Below are positions 1 through 11,334 of a stretch of DNA of 64,000 bases, piece after piece. The notes under the pieces are model-generated. The model had not been told where the DNA came from. It ran no database searches and saw nothing but the letters and a program-made list of their open reading frames with translations. The stretch is from Heptranchias perlo (lineage: Eukaryota): NCBI RefSeq assembly GCF_035084215.1, contig NC_090327.1, positions 141,608,001 to 141,672,000 on the forward strand. Direction: 5' to 3'. Position numbers and translations under genes: made by a program. The number at the start of each line of letters is the position of its first letter. Position 1 is the first letter of the stretch.

Positions 1-116
1 ACCTCACATTTGTCTACATTGAATTCCATTTGCCACAGTTTTGCCCATTCAACTAATCTATCAATATCACTTTGTAATTTTATGTTTTCATCTACACTGC
101 TTACAATGCCACCAAT
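1..116 (-). mobile_element. CR1-type LINE RT fragment (cut by window edge)
   Basis: Reverse complement matches the CR1 copy at ~39920-40055 (W-A-K-L-W-Q-M-E-F-N-V-D-K-C-E-V region). Confidence 0.65.
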
Positions 117-1050
117 ACACACTCACTGACAGTCCCAGAGACTGACAGACACTGAATGAACTGCACACTCACATATGGTACTGGAGACTGGCAGACACAG
201 GATGAATCCTACACTCACATACAGTACCAACAGACTGAATAGCACAATCACACACAGTACTGACAAGGTACAGAATTAATTCCACACTCACACAGTACCA
301 GAAATTGACAGATACAGAATGAATCCCACACTTTTATACAGCAACACACACTGATAGATACAGAATGAATCCCAAACTGACACAGAGTGGCAGAGACTGA
401 CAGATGAAGAATGAAGCCCACACTTACATACAGCACAGACATTGACAGATACAGAATGAATCCCACACTGACACAGTACCAGGGACTTGCAGATGCAAAT
501 TAATCCCACACTCACAGCAAGTACCAGAGACTGACATATAAAGAATGAATCCCACTCTCACTCAGCTCCAGAAACTGACAGATACAGAATCAATCCCACA
601 CTTCGATACTCGACAGCACCTCCCAAACCCACAACCTCTACCACCTGGAAGGACAAGGGCAGCAGGCACATGGGAACAACACCAGCTGCACGTTCCCCTC
701 CAAGTCACACATCATCCCTACTTGGAAATATATCGCCGTTCCTTCATCGTCGCTGGGTCAAAATCCTGGGACTCCCTTCCTAACAGCACTGTGGGAGAAC
801 CTTCACCACACGGACTGCAGCGGTTGAAGAAGGCGGCTCACCACCACCTTCTCAAGGGCAATTAGGGATGGGCAATAAATGCTGGCCTCGCTAGCGATGC
901 CCACATCCCATGAACGAATAAAAAAAAATCCCACACTCACAAAGAGTACCAGGGATTGACAGATACAGAATGAGTCCCACACTCACACACAGTACCAGAT
1001 ACTGACAGATACAGAATGAATCTCACACAGACGGTGCTACAGACTGAACG
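117..1050 (+). repeat. Degenerate 46-bp satellite (cagtaccagagactgacagatacagaatgaatcccacactcacaca)
   Basis: Recurring gaatgaatcccacactcac motif at ~46-bp spacing; interrupted by a LINE-A tail. Confidence 0.9.
602..928 (+). mobile_element. LINE-A 3' end, 5'-truncated (APE-RT non-LTR family, CR1/L2-like)
   Basis: Nearly identical to the 3' end at 29240-29560; ends cacatcccatgaacgaat(A)n; aatcccacact on both sides is a possible TSD. Confidence 0.9.
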
Positions 1051-1399
1051 AATCACACAGACGGTGCTACAGACAATCTGTATTAACATTATTCAACAAT
1101 GATTGAAATCATAATCTCTGAATCAGTCCGATTTTGTTGTACAAAATTGTGTAACAAGAGAGACAGAGGGGAAAATAATGTAAATCAGTGAGAGGAGTTT
1201 AATACAACATGACAACCGTTTTTTGCTCTAATAAAATGTACTTAGAGCTCGTCTTCATTCCTAGATCTCGCCGTCCAATATAATGTGAACATTATTGTCT
1301 GCTGTGTCCGTCTGTAATCTGGAAACTTCAATGTACTGGAGTCTCGTGACGTCTGCTGGCCCGAAGCGAGAACTGCAACAGAGCGGAACAAATTCATAT

Positions 1400-2330
1400 T
1401 CAAAACTGAGATTGATAGATTTCTAGATATTTAAGGCATCAAGGGATAGAGGGAAATGTCGTTGAGGTAGAAGATCAACTGTGATCTTGTTGAATGGCGG
1501 AGCTGGCTCGAGGGGCTGGATAAGAACATAAGAACATAAGAAATAGGAGCAGGAGTAGGCCAATCGGCCCCTCGAGCCTGCTCCGCCATTCAATAAGATC
1601 ATGGCTGATCTGATCCTAATCTCAAATCTAAATTCATGTCCAATTTCCTGCCTGCTCCCCGTAACCCCTAATTCCCTTTACTTCTAGGAAACTGTCTATT
1701 TCTGTTTTAAATTTATTTAATGATGTAGCTTCCACAGCTTCCTGGGGCAGCAAATTCCACAGACCTACAACCCTCTGAGTGAAGAAGTTTCTCCTCATCT
1801 CAGTTTTGAAAGAGCAGCCCCTTATTCTAAGATTATGCCCCCTCGTTCTAGTTACACCCATCCTTGGGAACATCCTCACCGCATCCACCCGATCAAGCCC
1901 CTTCACAATCTTATATGTTTCAATAAGATCGCCTCTCATTCTTCTGAACTCCAATGAGTAGAGTCCCAATCTACTCAACCTTTCCTCATATGTCCACCCC
2001 CTCATCCCTGGGATTAACCGAGTGAACCTTCTTTGTACTGCCTCAAGAGCAAGTATGTCTTTTCTTAAGTATGGAGACCAAAACTGTATGCAGTATTCCA
2101 GGTGCGATCTCACCAATACCTTATATAACTGCAGCAATACCTCCCTGTTTTTATATTCTATCCCCCGAACAATAAAAGCCAACATTCCGTTGGCCTTCTT
2201 GATCACCTGCTGAACCTGCATACTAACTTTTTGATTTTCTTGCACTAGGACCCCCAGAGCCCTTTGTACTGCAGCACTTTCCAGTTTGGATGGCCTACTC
2301 CTGCTCATATTTCTTATGTTCTTATTATGT
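1400..2330 (+). mobile_element. Old CR1 3' end, split by a younger CR1
   Basis: 1400-1521 ends ggctcgaggggctggat; 2286-2330 resumes tggatggcctactcctgctc...ttcttatgtt; tggat is duplicated at both junctions. Confidence 0.7.
1522..2285 (-). mobile_element. CR1-type LINE 3' part
   Basis: ORF 1634..2308 has the CR1 ORF2 C-terminus (LEYCIQFWSP, RRMRGDLIETYK, FFTQRVVGLWN) and an (ttcttatg)n tail. Confidence 0.93.
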
Positions 2331-2654
2331 CAGGGTTACAGAAACAGGATACTGAGCAATGTGAGGAAATAGTTTGTCTGTAAGTTCCACTCTCGTATTG
2401 TTTCACATTTTGAGAGTAAAAAAAATCGGTTCACAGTAATGTTTTTTTTACTCATTCGATGTTGTAAATATTCCCCCTGATATTTCACTGTACATTGAGC
2501 AGTATTTCTGCCTGATTTGTCAGGACACTATTTACATTACTTCAAATAAACCAAACAAAAATACATATAAAAACTGAGCGCACTACTGGAAGTTTCACAG
2601 GATCAGCTGAAAGGGAAATGGATGAAATACAGAAGGAATAAAGCAAAAATAAAA

Positions 2655-2850
2655 CCCGGAAATGCTGGAAAGACTCAGCAGGTCCGGCAGCATCTGTGGA
2701 GAAAGGAAGCTCGGTTTAACGGTTCAGGTCAATGACCCTTCTGTAGGCCTGAAAGGTTAATCCGACCTCCCTCTCTCCACAGATGCTGCCCGACCTGTTG
2801 AAACTTTCCAGCATTTTCTGTTTCTCTCTCCGATTTCCAGCATCTACAGA
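2655..2850. mobile_element. Palindromic (MITE-like) element, probably a Penelope-derived inverted dimer
   Basis: Arm ggaaatgctggaaagactcagcaggtccggcagcatctgtggaga is the near reverse complement of tctccacagatgctgcccgacctgttgaaactttccagcattttc. The Penelope origin is inferred. Confidence 0.7.
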
Positions 2851-2949
2851 ATTTTCCTCTTTGAAACAATAAATGAATTCACGGAAGGGAATTGAAATTT
2901 GAATAAGGAACCGGAAAAGCTTCTGAAAGTTAATGAACTTCACTGAATT

Positions 2950-3605
2950 AAAGACTGATACAGCACAGAGGAAGCCATTCGGCCCATCATGTCTGTGCTG
3001 GATCTTTGAAAGAGCTATCCAATTAGTCCCACTCCCCTGCTCTTTCCCCAAAGTCCTGCAATTTTCCCCTTCAAGTATTTATCCAATTCCCTTTTGAAAG
3101 TTATTATTGAATCTGCTTCCACCACCATTCCAGATCATAACTTGCTGCGTAAAAAAGTTCTCATCTCACATCTGATTCTTTTGCCAATTATCTTAAATCT
3201 GTGTCCTTTGGTTACTGGACCTTCTGCCTCTGGAAACAGTTTCTCCTTATTTACTGTAACAAAACCTTTCCTGATTTTGAACATCTCTATTAAATCTTCC
3301 CATATCCTTCTCTGCTCTAAGGAGAACCATCCCAGCTTCTCCGGTCTCTCCACCTAACTGAAGTTTCTTCCTAAACTGTGGTGCCCAGAATTGGACACAA
3401 TACTCCAGCTGGGACCTAACCAGTTATTTATGAAGGTTTAGTATAACTTCCTTGCTAACTAATTCACTCTATACCTTTGTTTATAAAGCCAAGGATGCTG
3501 TCTGCTTTTTAACAGCCTGATCCACTTGTCTTGTTACCTTCAAACATTTGACTCTGTAAACCCCCAGGTCTCTCTGTTCCTGCACTCGCGTTAAAATTGT
3601 ACTAA
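2950..3605 (-). mobile_element. Decayed CR1 3' fragment
   Basis: ORF 3135..3353 (FSLEQRRIWEDLIEMFKI, TKGHRFK). Confidence 0.8.
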
Positions 3606-4024
3606 TTCTGTCCCAGATCCACGCAATTCAGGGCAAAATGATTTTTAATAAAAAGGAACAAAATCAAACTTAAACTTACCGTTATAGGGAAAACAAATTA
3701 ATGTTGAAAGTGTTTTTATATGAATGCTACCCCTTTTGTTTTGGAATCAAAATGCCCCTGACCATCAAATTCAGTTTTCAATCCTGGGGACTCTGAAGTA
3801 AATAGATTAGGATTAAAAGCACCAAACTGCAATCGCCAGGAATCAAAGTCAGCTATTCTCACCAATTTACCACCATTGCTCATTACAGGAGAGAAGTTGA
3901 GTGTTTCTGTGGATTTGGGGCTGAACCGTTTTCATCACAGACAATAAAACCGTTCCCGAACATCAACCCCTGATCAGACACAGCAGGTTGAACTGTTCAC
4001 TGACGGACTTCTCCTCAAGTCTCG

Positions 4025-4760
4025 CGACATAACTGAAGTCCGTCATCTCTGGTACCATTCTCGTAAACCTCCTCTACACGCTCTCCAAGGCCTTGACATC
4101 CTTCTTGAAGTGTGGTGCCCAGAATGGGAAACAATACTCCAGTTTGGGCCTAATCAGTAGTTTAAAAAGATTGAGCAGAACTTTCTTGCTTTTGTACTCT
4201 ATGCCTCTATTTATAAAGCCAATGATCCGGTAAGTTTTTTTAACAACTTTGTCAAATTGTTTTGTAAAAATTGTATATGTGAACGCCAAATCTCTCTATT
4301 CCTGCACCATCATTAAAATTGCACCATTTAGTTTATATTGCCTCCCCTCATTCTTGCTTCCAATTGCGTTTATTTACAATTTTCTGCATTAAATTGCTTC
4401 TGCCATGTGTCTCCCCATCTCACCAGTCTGTTTCATCTGCAAACTTTGAAATTATGACTCGTATGGCAGAATCCAGGTCGTTAATATGTATCAGCAAAAG
4501 CAGTGGTCCTAATACCGACTCCTGGGGGACACCACTGCACACTTCACTCAGTCTGAAAAACATTCGTTCACCACTACTCTCTGCCCTCTGTCCCTGAGCC
4601 AATTTCGTATCCACGCTGCCAATGCCCCTTTAATCGCGCGCGCTTCAATTTTGCTAAGCAGTCTATAATGTGGTACTTTATCAAACGCCTTTTGAAAATC
4701 CATACACATAACATCAACTGCACTATCTTCATTAAAGTTATTTCATCGAAGAACTCAATC
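4025..4760 (-). mobile_element. Decayed CR1 RT fragments
   Basis: ORFs 4074..4289 (IRPKLEYCFPFWAP) and 4420..4614 (SGVPQESVLGP, SKFAD). Confidence 0.8.
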
Positions 4761-4881
4761 AAGATAGAAGGCGGTTTCTGAACCACATGAACTGCACTCC
4801 CATTTCTGGTTTCTGATTCAGTGCGGGCTCTGAACTGTTGGAACCACCAGACCGAAGATTGCTGCCTATCAAAGTGTTTAA

Positions 4882-4970
4882 AGGCCGAGTACGGGATTGG
4901 TTATGGGATTGGACAAGAATCCTAGGGTTCAAATCCCACAATTCACCAAAACTAGCAATGATAATGGTCG
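4882..4970 (+). mobile_element. Truncated tRNA-derived SINE head (paralogue at ~21960-22045)
   Basis: B-box-like GGTTCAAATCC; the paralogue keeps an A-box-like catagtgg; resembles the head at 58861-59165. Confidence 0.5.
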
Positions 4971-5294
4971 GCTTAAATATACATTCAAATAAGGAGCAGG
5001 AATCAGCAGAGGGAAAAGTTTCAGAAAATCAATGGATTTCACTGAATCCGGGTAATTCTGTCCTGGATCCACGATACAGATCAGAGTAAATAATAATTAT
5101 CAATAGAAAGGGGCAAAATCAAAGCTCGGGGTAATCCCATGTGTGTGGGAATCCCCTGAGAAGAAGGGCCCTTCTCACCGCCAGACAGGCGACATTTCCC
5201 GGTGGATCTTTACACAGTGAGCGGCTCTTTCAATATAAACTGGGGCTGGAGAGAGGCTTTGGGAAATGAACTTCCGGATTACAGGGAGGAGGCG

Positions 5295-5410
5295 CGTGAT
5301 TGGTGGCAGACACTAAATCTGATTGGATATTTAAAGGGACCAATCAGAAAGTTAGAGTTCACCCATCCCTCATTAGCATGGGGCGATGACGTCAGCCTAT
5401 TTAATCCGAG
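5295..5410 (+). promoter_or_regulatory. H2B promoter
   Basis: Three CCAAT/ATTGG boxes, octamer-like ATTAGCAT (5372-5379), CRE TGACGTCA (5387-5394) and TATTTAA (~5398). Confidence 0.8.
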
Positions 5411-5458
5411 CTCGGAGCGGATTTGGTTCATTTCTGGATCTGAAATTGAGTTTGGAAA

Positions 5459-5833
5459 ATGCCTGAGGACAAGAAAGCAGCTCCCAAGAAGGGCGCCAAG
5501 AAAACCCTGAATAAAGCACCAGCCAAGGGCGGGAAGAAGCGGAGAAAGTCGAGGAAGGAGAGTTATTCCATCTACATCTACAAAGTGATGAAGCAGGTTC
5601 ACCCCGACACCGGCATCTCCTCCAAGGCCATGGGCATCATGAACTCCTTTGTGAACGATATTTTCGAGCGCATCGCGGGTGAGGCTTCCCGCCTGGCCCA
5701 TTACAACAAGCGGGCGACCATCAGTTCCCGGGAGATCCAGACCGCCGTGCGCCTGCTGCTGCCCGGAGAACTGGCCAAGCACGCCGTGTCGGAAGGGACA
5801 AAGGCGGTGACCAAGTACACCAGCTCCAAGTAA
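5459..5833 (+). CDS. H2B: Histone H2B (replication-dependent type), intact ORF
   Basis: 124 aa, MPEDKK...[25 protein letters not shown]...AVTKYTSSK; intronless. Confidence 0.97.
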   Translation: MPEDKKAAPKKGAKKTLNKAPAKGGKKRRKSRKESYSIYIYKVMKQVHPDTGISSKAMGIMNSFVNDIFERIAGEASRLAHYNKRATISSREIQTAVRLLLPGELAKHAVSEGTKAVTKYTSSK

Positions 5834-5871
5834 AGCTCCACCATCAACTGAAAAAAAAACCCGAACACAAA

Positions 5872-5887
5872 GTCTCTTTTAAGAGCC
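5872..5887 (+). terminator. Histone 3' stem-loop, mutated (G2>T)
   Basis: GTCTCTTTTAAGAGCC followed by ACCCA; consensus is GGCTCTTTT(C/A)AGAGCC. Confidence 0.88.
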
Positions 5888-6559
5888 ACCCACAGTCTCT
5901 CTGAAGACGCTGTACCGACACCTTATTTTACTGTTGATGCTGTAATACTAACTAGTTCTGTAACTACTTTTTTTTGAAATTTCCCTTGAAATCTGGAAGA
6001 TTCTCATAATCACTGCCTCGTATTGTTTGTGTCGCTGTTGAATTCAGACCCAATACCCAGAAACGTGTCCCTGATCCTCTCATTCCCGATCGTTTCGCCT
6101 CTTCCCCACATCTGCCACTTCAGAGCCGCTTTACAGGTGGTGAATCAGACATCAGTCATTTCTTTCTCTCCTTTTCACGTTTGTTTCTTCACTTTTTGGG
6201 AATATCAGTTTGTGAACCGAAAACCTTTTTAATATAGCAACCCTGAAAGGGACTTCAACCGAGGACAGAATACTCTAAAGGCCCTGTCACTGTTCGACTT
6301 CTTACACCTGGAGTCTCGGCTCCGGTTTAGATCCCGCAACCAGGGATCAATGTACAATCTGTTCCATTTACGAAGATTGAGCTAAAATAGGGCTTCATTC
6401 CCGCCCGTTGGAAAGCGAACGGAGAATGATACGGAATTTAAAAGAATCTCGAATTTGTTATGGGAAATGTGGAAAAGTAGAATATAAGGAGAGAGAATTT
6501 AAAATCTTTGTTTTAAGGCGACATTACTTATCAAATCGCTTCTTGTGTTACAAATATAT

Positions 6560-6794
6560 TGGCGGGCTTTTCAAATTTCAAAAACCGTGTAATGTCTGAT
6601 AATTGAGGCCTGTCTTTTCCGCCCTTTTCTCATTTCCGACTATTCAGTGGTTCAACGAACAACCAAATGAGATTGAGAACAGATGGACCAATCACAATTG
6701 CCCCCACTGTATTCCTCCAGAAGGAATAAGGGCGAGCGCGGGAGGATTTCTTCATTCTTTGTGAAATTGTTTGTGAGATTGTGGAAATGTCTGG
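6560..6794 (+). pseudogene. H2A: H2A promoter/5' UTR remnant with only ATG TCT GG of the CDS
   Basis: Matches the H2A leaders at 23500-23548 and 45780-46050 (reverse complement); ATG at 6787 is followed by a CR1-tail fragment. Confidence 0.75.
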
Positions 6795-7136
6795 GTAAAG
6801 AAGTAACTGCATAAGTTCGAAGAATGAAACTCTCTCCAAAACTGGCACGGGCTCGATGGGCCGAATGGCTCCCTTGAATGCTGCAACAACTCTATAATTC
6901 TATGAAACCTGGTGCAGCCCGATTGTTCATTTCGGAGTTTGCACTATCTCCAGCCTGATAAACATTCCGGATCATTCTCTGATCGGTCTGTAAACGGGCG
7001 GGAAGAAGACCCCGGACGCAGTTTCCAATCGGTGACGAGTATTAGTGAACTCTCCCCATATTATTAAAAAAGCTGAAACACTCAGACCAATATCTCCCCG
7101 TTCCCAGGTCAGTGCTCTCTCTGTGAGACGGTGGGT

Positions 7137-7152
7137 GGCTCTTAGAAGAGCC
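7137..7152 (-). terminator. Histone 3' stem-loop of the H4 pseudogene
   Basis: Minus strand GGCTCTTCTAAGAGCC-ACCCA. Confidence 0.9.
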
Positions 7153-7187
7153 TTTGTTTTGTGTTTGGTTCGAGTGGGTCGAGTTGT

Positions 7188-7505
<318 letters not shown>

Positions 7506-7594
7506 TCACTCAGATCGCTGCTAAATGAAAAACGAAGTTATGCTTGTTCCCTTTTTATGCAGCTCAGCCCGACCTGACTGAGAAAGCCACAGGG

Positions 7595-7720
7595 TGAGAG
7601 AGAGGGGAGGAGACAAAGTGAGATATTAAACAGAGGGGAGGAAACAGAGTGAGATGCTAAACAGAGAGGGGAGCAGACAGAGTGAGATATTAAACAGAGA
7701 GGGGAGGAGACAGAGTGAGA
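7595..7720 (+). repeat. 33-bp purine-rich minisatellite, about 4 units
   Basis: Unit gagatattaaacagagaggggaggagacagagt, the same as at 26285-27185. Confidence 0.85.
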
Positions 7721-7721
7721 T

Positions 7722-7881
7722 TTTTTTTTCAAAAAATATACTTTATTCATAAAATTTGCAGCAATACATACAATACAGTTGTCATATCACTTTCCAAACG
7801 TACACAATAGAGATTATACAATTTGCAGGTTACGTCAAGTACAGTTCAATGAACACATTGGACATAATTACAGTTCATGAC
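7722..7881 (-). mobile_element. Short 5'-truncated retroposed insert
   Basis: T-run plus tttatt (AATAAA on minus); 12-bp TSD acagagtgagat at 7710-7721 and 7882-7893. Confidence 0.75.
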
Positions 7882-8054
7882 ACAGAGTGAGATATACCAG
7901 ACATAATCACTTTCTCGTAAAGTTCAATTGAATGATTTCCCCCCCCCCCCCTTTCTGATTTATTTATGATGTGGAGATGCCGGTGATGGACTGGGGTTGA
8001 CAATTGTAAACAATTTTACAACACCAAGTTATAGTCCAGCAATTTTATTTTAAA

Positions 8055-8093
8055 TTCACAAGCTTTCGGAGGCTTCCCCCTTCGTCAGGTGAA
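8055..8093 (-). ncRNA. Minimal type I hammerhead ribozyme
   Basis: Minus strand UUCAC-CUGACGA-AGGGGGAAGCCUCC-GAAA-GC-UU-GUGAA. Confidence 0.8.
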
Positions 8094-8138
8094 CGATGTG
8101 AAAAAAAATTTCGTCAGGTGAACGATTTTTTCACATCG

Positions 8139-8177
8139 TTCACCTGACGAAGGGGGAAGCCTCCGAAAGCTTGTGAA
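8139..8177 (+). ncRNA. Minimal type I hammerhead ribozyme
   Basis: UUCAC/GUGAA stem I, CUGACGA core, stem II, GAAA and a palindromic AGCU stem III. Confidence 0.8.
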
Positions 8178-8389
8178 TTTAAAATAAAATTGCTGGACTA
8201 TAACTTGATTTATTTATGCAGCCAGCCCGGACCTGGCTGAGAAACACAGAGCGTGAGATACGCGGGGTCTGAGTGACAGGCTGATGGCCAGGGGAGGAGA
8301 CTGAATCAGAGTGGCAGGAATAGCAGTGAGAGGGGGGGGGGGTGGGAGGAGATAGAACTAGAGTGAGATAGAGGCGGGGGGGGGGGGCG

Positions 8390-8715
8390 AGTAGACAGAA
8401 TCAGAGTGACAGACAAAGGGGCGAGAGAGGGGGAGGGGAAGGAGAGAGAATCAGAGTGACAGACAAAGGGGCGAGAGAGGGGGAGGGGGAGGAGACAGAA
8501 TCAGATTGACAGACAAAGGGGCGAGAGGGGGAGGGGGAGGAGAGAGAATCAGAGTGACAGACAAAGGGGCGAGAGAGGGGGAGGGGGAGGAGACAGAATC
8601 AGATTGACAGACAAAGGGGCGAGAGGGGGAGGGGGAGGAGAGAGAATCAGAGTGACAGACAAAGGGGCGAGAGAGGGAGAGGGGGAGGGGGAGGAGAGAG
8701 AATCAGATTGACAGA
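8390..8715 (+). repeat. ~50-bp G/A-rich minisatellite
   Basis: gaatcagagtgacagacaaaggggcgagagagggggagggggaggaga repeated about 6 times (agacaaaggg at 8461 and 8511). Confidence 0.88.
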
Positions 8716-8849
8716 GCGCGAGAGCGGCTTCCGAGCTTTCACCTCCCCCTTCAGTTATCCGGGAAATAATTATTTACATTGATTTGAAAAGACCAGTTAC
8801 AATTCAGTGCCAATAATATTCCTGCCTAAATACAGTCACTTCTATCACA

Positions 8850-9175
8850 TAGGAAATAGAGTGGGCCATTTCGCCGCTCCAGACTGTTCCGCCATTCCAT
8901 TAGATCACGGGTGATCTGCGCCTCAACTCCATTTACCCGCCTCTGATCCATATCGCTTGGTATCCGCACCCACCTAAAATCTATACATCCTAGTCTTCAA
9001 AGCTCCAATTGACCCACCAGCCTTTAGGGGAGAGAGAGCTCTAGATTTCCACTAGCTCTTGTGTGAAAAAGTGCTTCCTGATTTCACCCCTGAACGGACT
9101 AGCTCTAATTTTAAGGATATGCCTCCTTGTTCTGGATTTACCCACCACAGTAAATAGTTTATTTTTATCTAACCT
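8850..9175 (-). mobile_element. Decayed CR1 3' end
   Basis: Similar to the CR1 tail at 1540-1880. Confidence 0.65.
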
Positions 9176-9548
9176 TTAGAATACCTGAAGCAGGGAGAGT
9201 GGCCTCTGAGATTTTAGCTCCGCCTCCAGCTCCTTTAACTCAAAGAAACCATCTCGCTCCATCCCCACGCTCAGACACGAATTCTATCTCCACACACCCC
9301 CTCCCAGACTGGGTCAGCACTTTGCAAACATTTTATTGTAGCTGATTTGCAGAATCTGGAGAATGTGTTTGCGTTTGAGTTGTGACGCGGGCTTTCTCCA
9401 CCAGTGTTACCGTCTTACACTCACTCTGCCAGACATCCGATTCTCTTTATTATATCACAGAGAAAGCGCGGGTGCAGCAAATGTTTCTTTTAACTGATTT
9501 CTATTGAGAATGAGCCCAGCCGCGGGACAGGAATTTAATTGTGGTCTC

Positions 9549-9720
9549 GGCTCTTTTTGGACAGACGTGGTGGCTCTAAGAGCCTTTGGGTTCAAATGTT
9601 TACAAGTTGCAATTTTTATTTACTTCATTTTGAGGCATTTCTCTACTTTCTTGGACTTTGATGTTTTCGGCTGGCGATTTCCCTTCATGCCCGAGACCGG
9701 TTTCACATTTACAACTTCGA
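9549..9720 (-). pseudogene. H1: H1 3' remnant (Lys-rich C-tail, collapsed stem-loop, HDE)
   Basis: Minus frame ...KSKKVEKCLKMK*; ggctctaagagcc at 9572-9584 (loop shortened); AAAAAGAG HDE; spacer 8700-9420 is homologous to the H4-H1 spacer 27185-27590. Confidence 0.6.
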
Positions 9721-9722
9721 TT

Positions 9723-11330
9723 TCTTCAGCCAATTCGATTCACTCCATGTGATATCAAGAAACGGCTGAATACAGCAAAGGCTATAGGCCCCGTCAACAT
9801 CCCGGCTGGAGTGCTGAAGAATTGTGCTCCAGAACTAGCTGCGCCTCTAGCCAAGCTGTTCCAGTACAGCGACAACACTGGCATCTACCCGACAATGTGG
9901 AAAATTGACAAGGTATGTCCTGTCCACAAAAGGCAGGACAAATCCAATCCAGCCAATTACCGCCCCATCAGTCTACTCTCAATCATCAGCAAAGTGAAGG
10001 AAGGTGTCGACAGTGCTATCAAGCGGCACTTACTCACCAATAACCTGCTCACCAATGCTCAGTTTGGGTTCCGCCAGGACTACTCGGCTCCAGACCTCAT
10101 TACAGCCTTGGTCCAAACATGGACAAAAGAGCGGAATTCCAGAGGTGAGGTGAGAGTGACTGCCCTTGACATCAAGGCAGCATTTGACCGAGTGTGGCAC
10201 CAAGGAGCCCTAGTAAAATTGAAGTCAATGGTAGTCAGGGGGGAAAACTCTCCAGTGGCTGGAGTCATACCTAGCACAAAGGAAGATGGTACTGGTTGTT
10301 GGAGGCCAATCATCACAGCCCCAGGGCATTGCTGCAGGAGTTCCTCAGGGCAGTGTCCTAGGCCCAACCATCTTCAGCTGCTTCATCAATGACCTTCCCT
10401 CCATCATAGGTCAGAAATGGGGATGTTCGCTGATGATTGCACAGTGTTCAGTTCCATTTGCAACCCTCAAATAATGAAGCAGTCCGAGCCCACATGCAGC
10501 AAGACCTGGACAACATCCAAGCTTGGGCTCATAAGTGGCAAGTAACATTCGTGCTAGACAAGTGCCAGGCAATGACCATCTCCAACAAGAGCGAGTCTAA
10601 CCACCTCCCCATGAAATTCAACGGCATTACCATCGCCAAATCCCCCACCATCAACATCCTGGGGGTCACCATTGACCAGAAACGTAACTGGACCAGCCAT
10701 ATAAATACTGTGGCTACGAGAGCAGGTCAGAGGCTGGGTATTCTGCGGCGAGTGACTCACCTCCTGACTCCCCAAAGCTCTCCACCATCTACAAGGCTCA
10801 AGTCATGAGTGTGATGGAATACTCTCCACTTGCCTGGATGAGTGCAGCTCCAACAACACTCAAGAAGCTCGACACCATCCAGGACAAAGCAGCCCACTTG
10901 ATTGGAACCCCATCCACCACCCTAAACATTCACTCCCTTCACCACCGCCGCACTGTGGCTGCAGTGTGCACCATCCACAGGATGCACTGCAGCAACTTGC
11001 CAAGGCTTCTTCGATAGCACATCCCAAACCCGCGACGTCTACCACCTAGAAGGACAAGAGCAGCAGGTACATGGGAACAACACCACCTGCACGGTCCCCT
11101 CCAAGTCACACACCATCCCGGCTTGGAAATATATCGCTGTTCCTTCATCGTCGCTGGGTCAAAATCCTGGAACTCCCTTCATAACAGCACTGTGGGAGAA
11201 CCTTCACCACACGGACTGCAGCGGTTGAAGAAGGCGGCTCACCACCACCTTCTCAAGGGCAATTAGGGATGGGCAATAAATGCCGGCCTCGCCAGCGACG
11301 CCCACATCCCATGAACAAATTCTTTAAAAA
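9723..11330 (+). mobile_element. LINE-A, 5'-truncated and frameshifted RT
   Basis: ORFs 9658-11017 (NYRPISLLS, LDIKAAFDRVWH, GVPQGSVLGP) and the shared 3' tail. Confidence 0.95.
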
Positions 11331-11334
11331 GCGA

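Larger units (their letters stand above)
7969..8205. mobile_element. Penelope-like pLTR fragment arranged as an inverted repeat
   Basis: Same terminus (gatgtggagatgccggtgatgga) as the GIY-YIG-bearing element at 20997; 13-bp TSD tgatttatttatg at 7956-7968 and 8206-8218. Confidence 0.85.

Noticed and set aside
248-515. Cys/Val/Ser-rich ORFs (also 16532-18749 and 40852-41968)
   Set aside because: Translations of the 46-bp satellite.
4882-4945. Possible tRNA gene (also 21960-22030 and 59080-59165)
   Set aside because: Has a B box but no foldable cloverleaf; treated as a SINE-type head.
5279-5782. Antisense ORFs over histone genes (also 22174-22764, 24974-25408, 29572-30141, 46611-47219)
   Set aside because: Shadow frames caused by histone codon bias.
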